A DNA stretch of 64,000 nucleotides from an uncultured Methylomirabilota bacterium (GTDB taxonomy: Bacteria; Methylomirabilota; Methylomirabilia; Methylomirabilales; 2-02-FULL-66-22), in assembly GCA_963705305.1 (NCBI GenBank), contig OY970067.1, forward strand, positions 3,008,001-3,072,000. The letters are read 5' to 3'. Both the position numbers and the translations under genes were made by a program. Each line of letters starts with the position of its first letter. The stretch's first letter is position 1. This document shows positions 1 to 9,294 of the stretch, piece by piece. Under the pieces are notes generated by a model. The model did not search any database, was not told the origin of the DNA, and saw only the letters and a list, made by a program, of their open reading frames with translations.

Positions 1-489
1 GAGCGCGTAGATCTCCTGCATGCGGGAGTTGCGTCCCACCAGATTCTCAAAGCGGCGTTCCCGCGCCACTTCGGATCGGAGGTACAGCACCTCCTTCACC
101 AGCTCCTGTTTCTCGACCACTCGCTTGATGAGGGCCAGGATCTCGTGGACATCGAACGGCTTCGTGATGTAATCGGTGGCGCCCAGCTTGATGGCCTCGA
201 CCGCCGTCTTGAGGGATTTGACCGCCGTCACCACGACGACATCGGTCTGGTCGCTGAGCTCTCGGATCCGGCGGAGCACTTCGATGCCGTCCATGCCGGG
301 CATGCGGATGTCGAGCAGAACCAGATTGACGTCCTGCGTGCTCAAGATGCGAAGGGCCTCCGGGCCGCTCGCGGCGAAAAGGAGCTCGTAGTCCTTGGAG
401 AGCACGGCCTCGAAGGATTCCCGGACACCGATGTCGTCGTCCACCACCAGGACGCTTGGGCAAACGGATTGTGCCTCGCCGTTTGACAT
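1..489 (-). CDS. NtrC/AtoC-like response regulator, N-terminal part (runs off window start)
   Basis: Own translation, not in ORF track: MSNGEAQSVCPSVLVVDDDIGVRESF...LVLLDIRMPGMDGIEVL...VVVTAVKSLKTAVEAIKLGATDYITKPF...FENLVGRNSRMQEIYAL. Receiver domain plus the start of a sigma54-activator linker; GGAGG RBS upstream. Confidence 0.85.
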   Translation of the reverse strand, partial: MSNGEAQSVCPSVLVVDDDIGVRESFEAVLSKDYELLFAASGPEALRILSTQDVNLVLLDIRMPGMDGIEVLRRIRELSDQTDVVVVTAVKSLKTAVEAIKLGATDYITKPFDVHEILALIKRVVEKQELVKEVLYLRSEVARERRFENLVGRNSRMQEIYAL

Positions 490-688
490 GCCGTCTTCCT
501 CCGCGGATCCCCCCTGGCCGGTGTCGGGGCCGCGACGATCCACCCGGAAGATAGGCCGTCTGACCTCCCCGGGATTAGGGCCTACGTAGCCCAAACGGCA
601 GGGGTTGTCAAGCCTAAAGCCCTCGCCCGGCGCGCCTTGACAAGGGGTGCATAGTGTGCGACGGTCGGCTCGTCTCGCGGAAGGCGGT

Positions 689-2521
689 ATGGACGTCCAG
701 GAAAAAATCCGTAGTCTGCCCGATGCGCCCGGTGTGTACCTGTTCAAGGACAGCCGGGGTGCACTCCTGTACATCGGCAAGGCCGTCTCCCTGCGGAAGC
801 GGGTCCAGTCTTACTTCAGCGATCGCGATTTCGGCTATGATGCGGGGCGGCTGCAGGCCATGGTCGCCCAGGTCGCCGAGCTGGAATACCTGCTCACCGC
901 CAACGAGTTGGAAGCGCTGATCCTCGAGAGCAATCTCATCAAGGAGCGGCGCCCACGCTACAACATCGTCCTGCGCGACGACAAGCACTACCCCTTCATT
1001 CGCCTCAACCCAAAGGACCCGTTTCCTGCCCTCCAGGTGGTCCGGCGGATCAAGAGCGATGGAGCGCTCTACTTCGGCCCGTACGTGCCGGCGGGGGTCA
1101 TGTGGGACCTCTTGGCGCTCATCCATCGCACGTTTCCGCTGCGGACCTGCCGAAGCATCGCTGGCCGCACCCGGTGTCTGGAGTACCACCTGGGCCGGTG
1201 CCTGGCCCCCTGCGAAGGGCTGATCAACCGGGAGGAGTACGCCGAGATCGTCCAGAAGGTGCGGCTGGTCCTGGAGGGCAAAGACGGCGAAGTGGTCCGT
1301 CAGCTCCAGCAGCAGATGCACGAGGCGGCCGAGCGGCTGGAATACGAGCGGGCGGCCGGGATCCGGGACCAGATCGCGTCGCTGGAGCAGGCGGGGGAAG
1401 GGCAGCGCGCGATCTCTCCGCGCGGCGAGGATCAGGACGTCTTCGGAGTGGTCCAGGAAGGAGACGAAGTCCAGATTCAGCTGCTGGTGGTGCGGAGCGG
1501 GAAACTCATCGGGCGCGATAGCTTTGCCTTCGAGGGGGTGCCGGCCGAAGGCTCTTCCGGCGTCCTGGGGTCCCTGGTGGCCCAGTACTACCTGGGCGCC
1601 CGCGCCATTCCCAAGACGCTCTTGACCTCCACGCTCCCCGCAGAGAAGGAGCTTCTGGCGGCCATGCTGTCAGAGCGGGCCGGCCACCCGGTGGGGATCC
1701 GGGTGCCCGAGCGGGGACCCAAAGCCCACCTGGTGGAGATGGCGGTGGGCAACGCCCGCGCGATCATGACGCAGAACCTGGCGTCCACGGGCGCGCGGGA
1801 GCGGGCCATGGCCGAGGTTCGGGAAGCGCTCAATCTGCCGCGACTTCCCCGGCGGATCGAGTGCGCCGACATTTCGAACATCTCGGGGGTGCTGGCGGTC
1901 GGCTCTCTCGTCACGTTTGTGAACGGGCAGCCCCGCCGCGGGGACTACAAGCGGTTCCGGATCGGGACCGTCGAGGGGGCGGATGACTACGCCATGCTGC
2001 GAGAAGTTCTGCGCCGCCGCTTCGACCGATCGGATTGGGTGCTCCCCGATCTCCTTGTGCTCGACGGGGGGCGGGGACAGCTGAACGTGGGGGTCCTGGC
2101 GGCCAGGGAGGCGGGCATCCCGGATCTCCCGTTGGCCGGTCTGGCCAAGGAAGAGGAGCTCGTCTTCCGCCCCGGCCGGCCAGATCCCATCCGGCTGCCA
2201 GACGGATCGCGAGGTAAGCACCTGCTGCAACAGGTGCGGGACGAGGCCCACCGATTCGGTCTGGCCTACCACCGTGTGCTGCGGGGTAAGACCGGCCTGC
2301 GATCGGTTCTGGACGAGGTCCCGGGAATCGGCCCCCGGCGAAAGCGACTGCTGCTGCAGCGATTTGGAAGTCTCAAACGACTGCAGGCGGCCACCGCCGA
2401 AGAGCTGCAGAGAATCGGCGGTCTCCCGCCGCGGGTGGCCGAGGCCGCCCGGCGCATGCTCGCCTCCGTTCGGCCGGGAGGGAGTCGGGCCGAGGAGAAT
2501 CCCGGCGCTCCGTCCCGGTGA
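689..2521 (+). CDS. uvrC: Excinuclease ABC subunit C
   Basis: GIY-YIG start (LPDAPGVYLFKD..LYIGKA..LRKRVQSYF), CLEYHLGRCLAPC, UVR domain, RIECADISN, PDLLVLDGGRGQL, RDEAHRF, C-terminal HhH (PGIGP). Start ATG 689 chosen. Confidence 0.97.
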   Translation: MDVQEKIRSLPDAPGVYLFKDSRGALLYIGKAVSLRKRVQSYFSDRDFGYDAGRLQAMVAQVAELEYLLTANELEALILESNLIKERRPRYNIVLRDDKHYPFIRLNPKDPFPALQVVRRIKSDGALYFGPYVPAGVMWDLLALIHRTFPLRTCRSIAGRTRCLEYHLGRCLAPCEGLINREEYAEIVQKVRLVLEGKDGEVVRQLQQQMHEAAERLEYERAAGIRDQIASLEQAGEGQRAISPRGEDQDVFGVVQEGDEVQIQLLVVRSGKLIGRDSFAFEGVPAEGSSGVLGSLVAQYYLGARAIPKTLLTSTLPAEKELLAAMLSERAGHPVGIRVPERGPKAHLVEMAVGNARAIMTQNLASTGARERAMAEVREALNLPRLPRRIECADISNISGVLAVGSLVTFVNGQPRRGDYKRFRIGTVEGADDYAMLREVLRRRFDRSDWVLPDLLVLDGGRGQLNVGVLAAREAGIPDLPLAGLAKEEELVFRPGRPDPIRLPDGSRGKHLLQQVRDEAHRFGLAYHRVLRGKTGLRSVLDEVPGIGPRRKRLLLQRFGSLKRLQAATAEELQRIGGLPPRVAEAARRMLASVRPGGSRAEENPGAPSR

Positions 2522-2799
2522 GTGATTGTCCGCGGCGCGATCAATAACCTACGCCGGAGCGCTGCAGACCCAGACCAGCGGCCTGCACGGCTTTCGGATT
2601 CGCCTCTTGCCCGCGCACCCGGACTTGAGCGACCCGCTGCGCCTGAACTGCATCGCCTGGGGATGAAGACGAGGCATGGACCGGGGACGCGGCCCCGGGC
2701 GCGCAGGCCCGCAGGGGCCCCAAAAAGTGTTGGACCGGACGGTGGAGCTATGGTATCTATTTTCCTCGTTGCACGGGGGGATCCTCAGCGTGAGGGTGG

Positions 2800-2876
2800 G
2801 GGCGCTTAGCTCAGATGGTTAGAGCGCCGTCTTCACACGGCGGAGGTCACTGGTTCGATCCCAGTAGCGCCCACCA
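2800..2876 (+). tRNA. tRNA-Val (anticodon CAC)
   Basis: GGGCGCT/AGCGCCC acceptor stem, D arm AGCTCAG..GG..AGAGC, anticodon arm CCGTC-TTCACAC-GGCGG, T loop GGTTCGATCC, encoded CCA. Confidence 0.97.
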
Positions 2877-2885
2877 ACAAAAACG

Positions 2886-2922
2886 AGGGGTTAGCGAAAC
2901 AGGCTGACCCCTTGTTCTGTTT
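2886..2922 (+). terminator. Probable intrinsic terminator after tRNA-Val
   Basis: AGGGGTTAGC...GCTGACCCCT hairpin followed by T-rich TGTTCTGTTT. Confidence 0.55.
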
Positions 2923-3598
2923 CCGCTGACAATTCGCTGACACTTTTCTCGCCGATCCCCGCCCTCCGGTATCGCGGAAGTACCGTCCACCTAAAGAGAT
3001 GTGGGGGCGCCCTCCCTTACAAACAAGGGGTCGCTGGGGCCACATAGGAACCCCCCGAATCCTCGCCTCTACTGAAGTCCTGTCGCAGAATTTAGCGGAA
3101 ATAGGCGGACTGCCACCATAACTGCCGGACGGACCCCGCAGGCTTCCGCAACTACGCTGGATCTTCGACTTCCCCCAGGATGCTCTAGCGGTTGACAACC
3201 GTTAGGGCGATGCATCTTCCGCTGGTAGGTGCATTGGCCAGGGGTGCATGTCCCTTTTGGTGACGCTCCCCCGGCCCCAATCCTCATGGGGCAAGCCCCG
3301 GGGGAGGTGGTGAATCCTGGACCCCCTTGAAAACGTAGCCCTGCGAAGCTCTACTCAACTCGAGTCCCCGAATCTCCACCTTCCAAGGGCCATCGAATCC
3401 CGCGGGGAAAAGCGCACCCCTTCATCCGGCGACTGGGGTGGAGAGCCCGGTCTAGCAAGCGAGAGGTGGTGAGCCGCTCTTCCGTTCCGTCTTGCGACGG
3501 CGCGGTCAACCAGATACACTGGGAATCAGCGGGGCGTCGCAGGCACGTGAAGGGACGGGTGACGGGGGCGGGCCCCCTGGAAATGGAGCGGATCGCGT

Positions 3599-4510
3599 AT
3601 GGCGCGTATGGCAAGGATGATCGCGAACGTCCTGGGCGTGGTGCTTTTGGGCGCCGTGGCGGTGGCCAGCGCGGCTGAGCTTCCGCCCCTGAGCCAGACG
3701 ACCCCCACGGGGGAGCACTTCCCCGGAAAGTTCATCTGGGCCGACTTGTTCACCACCGATCCGGCGGCGGCGCAGGCGTTTTACACGGGCCTCTTCGGAT
3801 GGGAGGCAACGACGATCGAGCGCACGACCCCGTCGGGCACGCATTCGTACATCGTGCTGGCGAACGGCGGCGAGCCCGTCGCCGGCCTGGCTCGTCTGCC
3901 GGTGCGCTCGCAGGACGCGGTCCGCGGCCGCTGGGTGGGCTATGTGTCTGTGCCCGACGTGGCCAAGGCGCTGGCGGCAGCCACGGCCGCGGGCGGACGC
4001 GTGCTGTTCCCCGCGAAGGAGCTGCCGCGGCGCGGAACACAAGCGATTTTTGTCGATCCCGAAGGGGCGGAACTCGGCCTGCTCCACTCCAGTGCGGGCA
4101 ATCCGGGTGAATACACCCCGGACCCCGGCGACTGGACCTGGGCCCAGCTGTTCGCGCGTGACCCCGCCGCTGAAGGCCGGTTTTATGCCGCCGTCGCCGG
4201 CTGGGAGGTCGTGCCCGACACCCGCGGCGATCGTCGAGATGTCTTCGTCCTCGCCAGCGGAGGGTACTCGCGGGCCAGCGTGGCCCCGCTGCCCCCGCGA
4301 CCGAAGGCCACGCCCGGCTGGCTGCTCTTCGTCCGGGTAGACGATGTGAAGGCGGCCGCGGCCAAGGCGAAGAGCCTCGGCGGCCGTGTTCTCGTCCCCC
4401 CGCGCGACGCGCCGACCGAGTACTGGCGCGCAGTGATCGCCGACCCCACGGGGGGCGTCATCGGCCTCGTGCAATTGCCGGAGCCGGGGCAGACCAGGGA
4501 GCAGCCATGA
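3599..4510 (+). CDS. Secreted tandem VOC/glyoxalase-like protein
   Basis: Signal peptide; two repeats of W.DLFTTDPAAAQAFY.GLFGW / WAQLFARDPAAEGRFY and DPEGA / DPTGG motifs. Confidence 0.85.
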   Translation: MARMARMIANVLGVVLLGAVAVASAAELPPLSQTTPTGEHFPGKFIWADLFTTDPAAAQAFYTGLFGWEATTIERTTPSGTHSYIVLANGGEPVAGLARLPVRSQDAVRGRWVGYVSVPDVAKALAAATAAGGRVLFPAKELPRRGTQAIFVDPEGAELGLLHSSAGNPGEYTPDPGDWTWAQLFARDPAAEGRFYAAVAGWEVVPDTRGDRRDVFVLASGGYSRASVAPLPPRPKATPGWLLFVRVDDVKAAAAKAKSLGGRVLVPPRDAPTEYWRAVIADPTGGVIGLVQLPEPGQTREQP

Positions 4511-4839
4511 CGCCCGCCGCCAAACGCGTTCTCGCCGGGCTCGTCCTCCCGGCGCTCGCGGTCGCTTGGGGCGGCTGCGTGGGCTTCGCGGTGCCGGGAT
4601 ACGGCCTGACCCCGGTCTATGGCGGCTACGGCTACGTCGGGCCGTGGGAGGGCCCGCCGGTCGTTGTCGAGGGCGGGTACCTTGCGCCCCCACCGTATGC
4701 GCGCCCGGACCGGGGCCGCCGGGAAAACGTCGCCCCGGAGCGCCGGGCCCCGGGGCCCCGGCCGGCAGGGGGCCCGATTCCATCGATCCCGAACCATCCT
4801 CGTCCGGCACGCCAGGGTGGCGGCGGAACCCACCGATAA
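4507..4839 (+). CDS. Small hypothetical Pro/Gly/Tyr-rich lipoprotein
   Basis: ATGA overlap with the VOC gene; hydrophobic leader ending in GGC; low-complexity tail. Confidence 0.55.
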   Translation: MTPAAKRVLAGLVLPALAVAWGGCVGFAVPGYGLTPVYGGYGYVGPWEGPPVVVEGGYLAPPPYARPDRGRRENVAPERRAPGPRPAGGPIPSIPNHPRPARQGGGGTHR

Positions 4840-5102
4840 GCGCCGGCGCGTCCCCTTCAAGGAATCTCGCAACCCTCGAGCAAGACTGCGCCGGGCGTGC
4901 CGCTGCCGATCGACACGGCCCCGGGGAGACGAGCGCAGACCGGATCCTTCGGGGAGTGCCGACCGGCCTGAACGGAGATGGCGGCCCGCGCGGAATCGAA
5001 GCGGTCTCCTCTCCCGAGGGAGTTGGACACCGGTCCTCGCCGTGGGCAAACCTTCTCTCGCAGGGAAGCGGGAGGCGTCCGGAAAAAAGGGGTGGAGACC
5101 GA

Positions 5103-6323
5103 ATGAAGGCCTGCCAGACAGAGACCGCAGCTTCTGACACATCTCCCAGGGCCGGGTTGGGGCGCAATGTGCTCGCCTTGGGGTGGGTGGCGTTTTTCGG
5201 CGGCCTCGCCCAAGACATGATCCTGCCCGTGCTGCCGGTGTTCTACACGAGCGTGCTGGGCTTGCGCACGGAATTCATCGGGATGATCGAGGGCGCAGTG
5301 ACGACGGTCGTCAGCCTCGCCCGGATCGGGGCGGGCTATCTCTCCGACGCGCTGGGACGGCGCAAGGCGATTGTTTTCCTCGGGTACGGGCTCTCAGCCC
5401 TGGGGCGCGTCGGTCTCGGGGTCGCGGGGTCGGGGGGAGCGGTCTTGGGACTCCGCCTGAGCGACGGCCTGGGCAAGGGCTTGAAGGACGCCCCGCGCGA
5501 CGCGCTGGTGGCCGGGTCGGCCGGCGACCGGACCCTGGGGTTCGCCTTCGGGGTGCAGCGGACCCTCGACACCCTCGGCTCGGTGATCGGCCCGCTCCTC
5601 GCCTTCGTCTTTCTGAAGGTCTGGATGGACCAGCCAGCCCCCACCTATCACGCGCTGTTTCTGCTGGCGGGAGTCGTGGCCGCGATTCCCCTGGGGATCA
5701 TCGGCGGGTTCGTCCGCGAGCGGCGCACGGCGGTCACGAAGCAGCCGCTCTCCTTGCGCGTGCTCCGGGGACCCTTTGCCAGATTCTTGGCGGTCGTGCT
5801 GTTGTTCACGCTCGGGAACTCCTCGGACGCGTTTCTCATCCTGCGCGCCCAACGGGTGGGCGTGCCGGTCGCGCTCATCCCTATCGTGTACGCCGTGTTC
5901 AACCTGGTCTCGGCCCTCGCGGCCATCCCGGCGGGACGGCTCGCCGACCGCGTCGGCCGGCGGCGGGTCATCGGGTATGGCTGGGCCGTGTACGCGCTGG
6001 CCTACCTGGGATTTGCGCTGGCGACCGCCCCGTGGATGATCTGGGGGCTCTATGCGTTCTATGGGCTCTTCTACGCGCTGACGGAAGGCTCGGCCAAGGC
6101 GTTAGTGGCCGAGTTGGTTCCGGATGCCAGTCGGGGGGCGGCCTACGGCCTGTACAGTGCCGCGACTGGCATCATGGCACTCCCGGCCAGTGTGGTCGCG
6201 GGGGTCCTGTGGGATCACATCTCGCCCGCGGCCCCCTTTGCCTTCGGTGCCGCCCTGGCCGCGGCCGCGGCGGTCGGGCTGAAGCTCGTGCCACACGTGG
6301 CGTTGGGCGAGAGTCACAGCTAG
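5103..6323 (+). CDS. MFS transporter
   Basis: GYLSDALGRRK and GRLADRVGRRR MFS motifs; about 12 hydrophobic segments; ATG 5103 with GGAG RBS. Confidence 0.92.
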   Translation: MKACQTETAASDTSPRAGLGRNVLALGWVAFFGGLAQDMILPVLPVFYTSVLGLRTEFIGMIEGAVTTVVSLARIGAGYLSDALGRRKAIVFLGYGLSALGRVGLGVAGSGGAVLGLRLSDGLGKGLKDAPRDALVAGSAGDRTLGFAFGVQRTLDTLGSVIGPLLAFVFLKVWMDQPAPTYHALFLLAGVVAAIPLGIIGGFVRERRTAVTKQPLSLRVLRGPFARFLAVVLLFTLGNSSDAFLILRAQRVGVPVALIPIVYAVFNLVSALAAIPAGRLADRVGRRRVIGYGWAVYALAYLGFALATAPWMIWGLYAFYGLFYALTEGSAKALVAELVPDASRGAAYGLYSAATGIMALPASVVAGVLWDHISPAAPFAFGAALAAAAAVGLKLVPHVALGESHS

Positions 6324-6676
6324 CGCTCACCGAAAAGGAGATAGGCCCGAAAGCCAAGATCAGGGCCACGGTGGTCTGCAAAACACTCTGGCTGCCCGGC
6401 CATTCGAGCGGAGAATGTGACCGTAACTCCTCATCAACCAGCGATACGCCTTCCGGCCGTCGGAGCAAGTCATGCCAGCCAGAACCACGCGCCCAACGTT
6501 GGTGTCGATCCCCCGGCACCATTCGAGTCCAACAATAGAGACGAGCAGGATCCGAGGGCTGAAGTAGCCCGCCCCACCTCAAGGTCAATTCCCGCCGCCT
6601 ACCCCTCGGAGATCGAATCCACCGTTCCATTCTGGGACCGCCCCCTGAGACAGAACCCTCGTGTTCAAGTCCCGCC

Positions 6677-6749
6677 TGGCTCCCCGGGTAGGACTCGAAT
6701 CCGCCTGCGGCGGATTTCGGCTGGTGCCTCAACCCAACCTAGCGGTTAA
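6677..6749 (-). other. tRNA-Asn-like 3'-half remnant (probable att site) interrupted by short palindromic sequence
   Basis: Minus strand reads TTAACCGCTAGGTT ... TTCGAGTCCTACCCGGGGAGCCA, resembling the anticodon-loop end, variable loop, T loop and acceptor/CCA of tRNA-Asn(GTT). Confidence 0.6.
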
Positions 6750-6880
6750 TCCGCCGACGGCGGACTCGCTCCATGTTTAGCAACCTGTAGAATAAGGTAG
6801 TTACAACATTCGAGAAGGTCGGTGGCGGTTTCAGTGGCGGTTCATTTTTCCCTGAGCGAGCCATTTCGGTTTATCGGGAA

Positions 6881-7606
6881 TCACAGGATGAACACCGGCT
6901 CCACCCCATGCCACAGGCACAGCCGAATCAGCTTCCCCATCCCCCGGGGGTGCGCCGGGCTCCCGTAGAAGCAGAGCTCGTTGTCCACCTGTTCGAACTT
7001 CGGGATCCCCAACCGGCGCCAGAGCGCCCAAAGCCCGGGGACCACGTCCGCCTTGCCCGCCACCACGGGCTGCACCCCGCACCGCTTGGTGGTCACATCC
7101 AAGCGATGGAGACTGTGGAACCGCAGCCCCCCGCGCAGGTAGCACGGGCCCACGAAGTCGCTCTGGTGCACATCGTTCGGACGGACCGCGGCGAGCCGCG
7201 GGTAGGCCACCCCCTTCGGGGCGTAGTGGCCGGTGCGGCGATGCGCCAGCTCGTGCCGCACCAGGATGCGGCCGATCGTCCGTACCGACGGCAGCGGCTG
7301 GACCGCCAGATCCGTGAGGCGCCAGCGAATGGCTTGGGCGCCACAGAACTGGGCCGGGTTGTACAGCTCCAGCCGGACGAGCTGGACGATCTCCTCGATC
7401 TCGGCCGGGGGCCGGCCCGACTGGGTGTGCGGTCGCCGCGAGTCGTCCTGAAACCAGGTGGCCGTGTCGCGGGTGTGGCGCACCCACCACTTGTACAGCC
7501 AGCTCCGCGAGACCCGGTCCGACAGACAGATGACCGTGAAGGCTTCGCCCTGCAGCAACCGCTCGACCGCGCGCTTCCGCCGCTCTGCCCAGGTGGTCGT
7601 GTCCAT
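6881..7606 (-). pseudogene. Truncated IS481-like transposase (HTH + rve core)
   Basis: VSRSWLYKW HTH, PSVRTIGRIL, HQSDF and QVDN catalytic Asp motifs; ORF ends at VEPVFIL before the DDE glutamate region. Repeated CGTTCACGAT..GGCAC at 7687 and 7714 resembles a transposon end. Confidence 0.75.
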
Positions 7607-7929
7607 GCGCCTTTCCTCCCATGTAGGAACAGAAGCGCATCCTGGACCTCACCGGCTCCGCAACGAAGCGTGCAGGATGCTCAGGTCGTTCACGATCTCC
7701 TGGCACCTTTTGGCGTTCACGATGTAGCGGCACTTGTCACCTTGGTGCTGTAAGACCGTATTGTGTTATGATCCCGCTGCCTCGTTCGGGGGTGTCCGTT
7801 GCGAAACGCCTCAGCGCTGGCTGACACGGCGCTGACAAAATCCCGTGGTGAAGAATGTCGGGAAGGGATACCGGCTCTTGCGTAAGTGATTGCAGTTGAA
7901 CCTTGGGTATTCGGCGTGATGGGGTGGAA

Positions 7930-7979
7930 CCGCCTTCACGCGGCGGAGGTCACTGGTTCGATCCCAGTAGCGCCCACCA
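7930..7979 (+). repeat. Displaced tRNA-Val 3' half (attR-like)
   Basis: CCGCCTTCACGCGGCGGAGGTCACTGGTTCGATCCCAGTAGCGCCCACCA vs tRNA CCGTCTTCACACGGCGG...; two mismatches in the anticodon arm, no D arm. Confidence 0.9.
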
Positions 7980-7991
7980 TGCAGCAGGCCA

Positions 7992-8020
7992 GGGGTTGGG
8001 GGTCTCCCCAGCCCCGTTTT
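7992..8020 (+). terminator. Intrinsic terminator after the attR copy (probably the original tRNA terminator)
   Basis: GGGGTTGGGG-GTCT-CCCCAGCCCC followed by GTTTT. Confidence 0.65.
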
Positions 8021-8121
8021 ACTTTCACGGCTCCGGCCGCGAGCTCCGTCCTCCCCGCCCGACATCCGTCTCCGTTCCCTTCCGCTTCGCCGCGACCCGG
8101 ATTCTTGGTGACCCCTCCGCG

Positions 8122-9069
8122 CTACGGGGTGAGCCAGTCGAAGATCCGCTCCCGCGCCTCGCGGATGCCCAGGTGATCCACGAGGGGAGCGGTGGGGCCC
8201 CCCGTCAGGCCGCCCGCGATCACCGCGGCCCCCAGGGCCGCCTCGTAGCCGTCGCCCGATGCCAGGGTGAGTGCGCCGGGCAGGCGGCCCTCCAGGGCGC
8301 TGGACGCTTCGAATCGCCGATCGCCCGTGATGACGACCGCCGGAAGGCGGTGGCATCCGAGGAAGGCCAGCGCCTCCTTCTCCACAGCTTCCCAGTGGGC
8401 CCTGAGACCGCTGCCCGGGGCCAGCGCCTCGGCCTCGCCGCCGGTGCCGCGGCGCCACTTGGCCGCGGGCCCCAGGCTGGTGAGGAGCCGCTGGCGTCCT
8501 GCGGCAGCGGTCGCCCCCAAACCGCCGGCGGTTCCGCCGATGCCGTCCACGATGCGTCCGGCGCGGACAGCGAGGATGGTCCTGGCGTCGGCCGCGACGT
8601 GGAGCAGGAGGAAATCGGAACCAGCCGGGGCCTGGCCGGAATGCTGCAGCCAGTGGATGGTCCAGACCGCGGCGCACAGGGCCTCCGCCGCCCCGAGGTC
8701 CACCCGGCCGAGCTTACGGTGGAGGGGAATCGAGGGGAGCAGCTTCACAGAGGGAATGCAGAAGGCCCGCGGCGCCCGCCGCCGCGCCTCGTCCAGAAAC
8801 TCGGCCAGCGTCCGGCCGGGCTCTCCGCCGGACAGGATCGTCATCTCCGAGATGTCCTGGTCCAGAAGATCCCGGGCGCGCATCACCGGGACGCCGAACC
8901 CCGAGGGAAGCACCATCGGTGTGGCGGGGTTGGCCCCCAGCACGTCTTCGATGAGATCCCAGAGAGGAGCGACCTGGGCGTAGCTCCGCAAGTCGACGGC
9001 GCGGTCCTCGTCCCAGAGGGCCGCCCGCCATTCGCCGCTGTCCTGAAAATCGAGTCCGAGCGAGCGCAT
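8122..9069 (-). CDS. DUF1464-family (ASKHA-fold) protein
   Basis: PSGFGVP, IPSVKLLPSIPLHRKLGRVDLG, VRAGRIVDGIGGT, YEAALGAAVIAGGLTGG, LGIREA match the DUF1464 pattern as recalled. Confidence 0.75.
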   Translation of the reverse strand: MRSLGLDFQDSGEWRAALWDEDRAVDLRSYAQVAPLWDLIEDVLGANPATPMVLPSGFGVPVMRARDLLDQDISEMTILSGGEPGRTLAEFLDEARRRAPRAFCIPSVKLLPSIPLHRKLGRVDLGAAEALCAAVWTIHWLQHSGQAPAGSDFLLLHVAADARTILAVRAGRIVDGIGGTAGGLGATAAAGRQRLLTSLGPAAKWRRGTGGEAEALAPGSGLRAHWEAVEKEALAFLGCHRLPAVVITGDRRFEASSALEGRLPGALTLASGDGYEAALGAAVIAGGLTGGPTAPLVDHLGIREARERIFDWLTP

Positions 9070-9294
9070 AGGCTTGAAGGAACCCGAGAAACGCGTGGGG
9101 CCAGTCTAGCGATTTCCTCTCCGCGGAGCAAGTGCGGGACGTTCCGGGGTGAAAAATCTGCGCTCCGGGTGAGGAAGACGGTTGACCCAAAGAGAACCTC
9201 GTGGCATGCTCGCTTCGGAGTGGCGAAGGTGCGCACCGGTTGCCGACGACCGGTGTCGGGTGCGGCGGCCCGTTAGAGAAAAGGGAGGCGGTGC

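Larger units (their letters stand above)
2838..7979. mobile_element. Degenerate tRNA-Val-integrated genomic island (~5 kb, no integrase left)
   Basis: 39-bp exact direct repeat of the tRNA 3' end at 2838-2876 and 7941-7979; accessory cargo and an IS remnant inside. Confidence 0.8.

Noticed and set aside
5040..5085. c-di-GMP-I riboswitch (GGGCAAACC) upstream of the MFS gene
   Set aside because: Lacks the GNRA tetraloop/receptor and the downstream GCAAA motif.
7930..7979. Second functional tRNA-Val gene
   Set aside because: Only the 3' half is present; there is no acceptor 5' strand or D arm, so it is treated as an att repeat.
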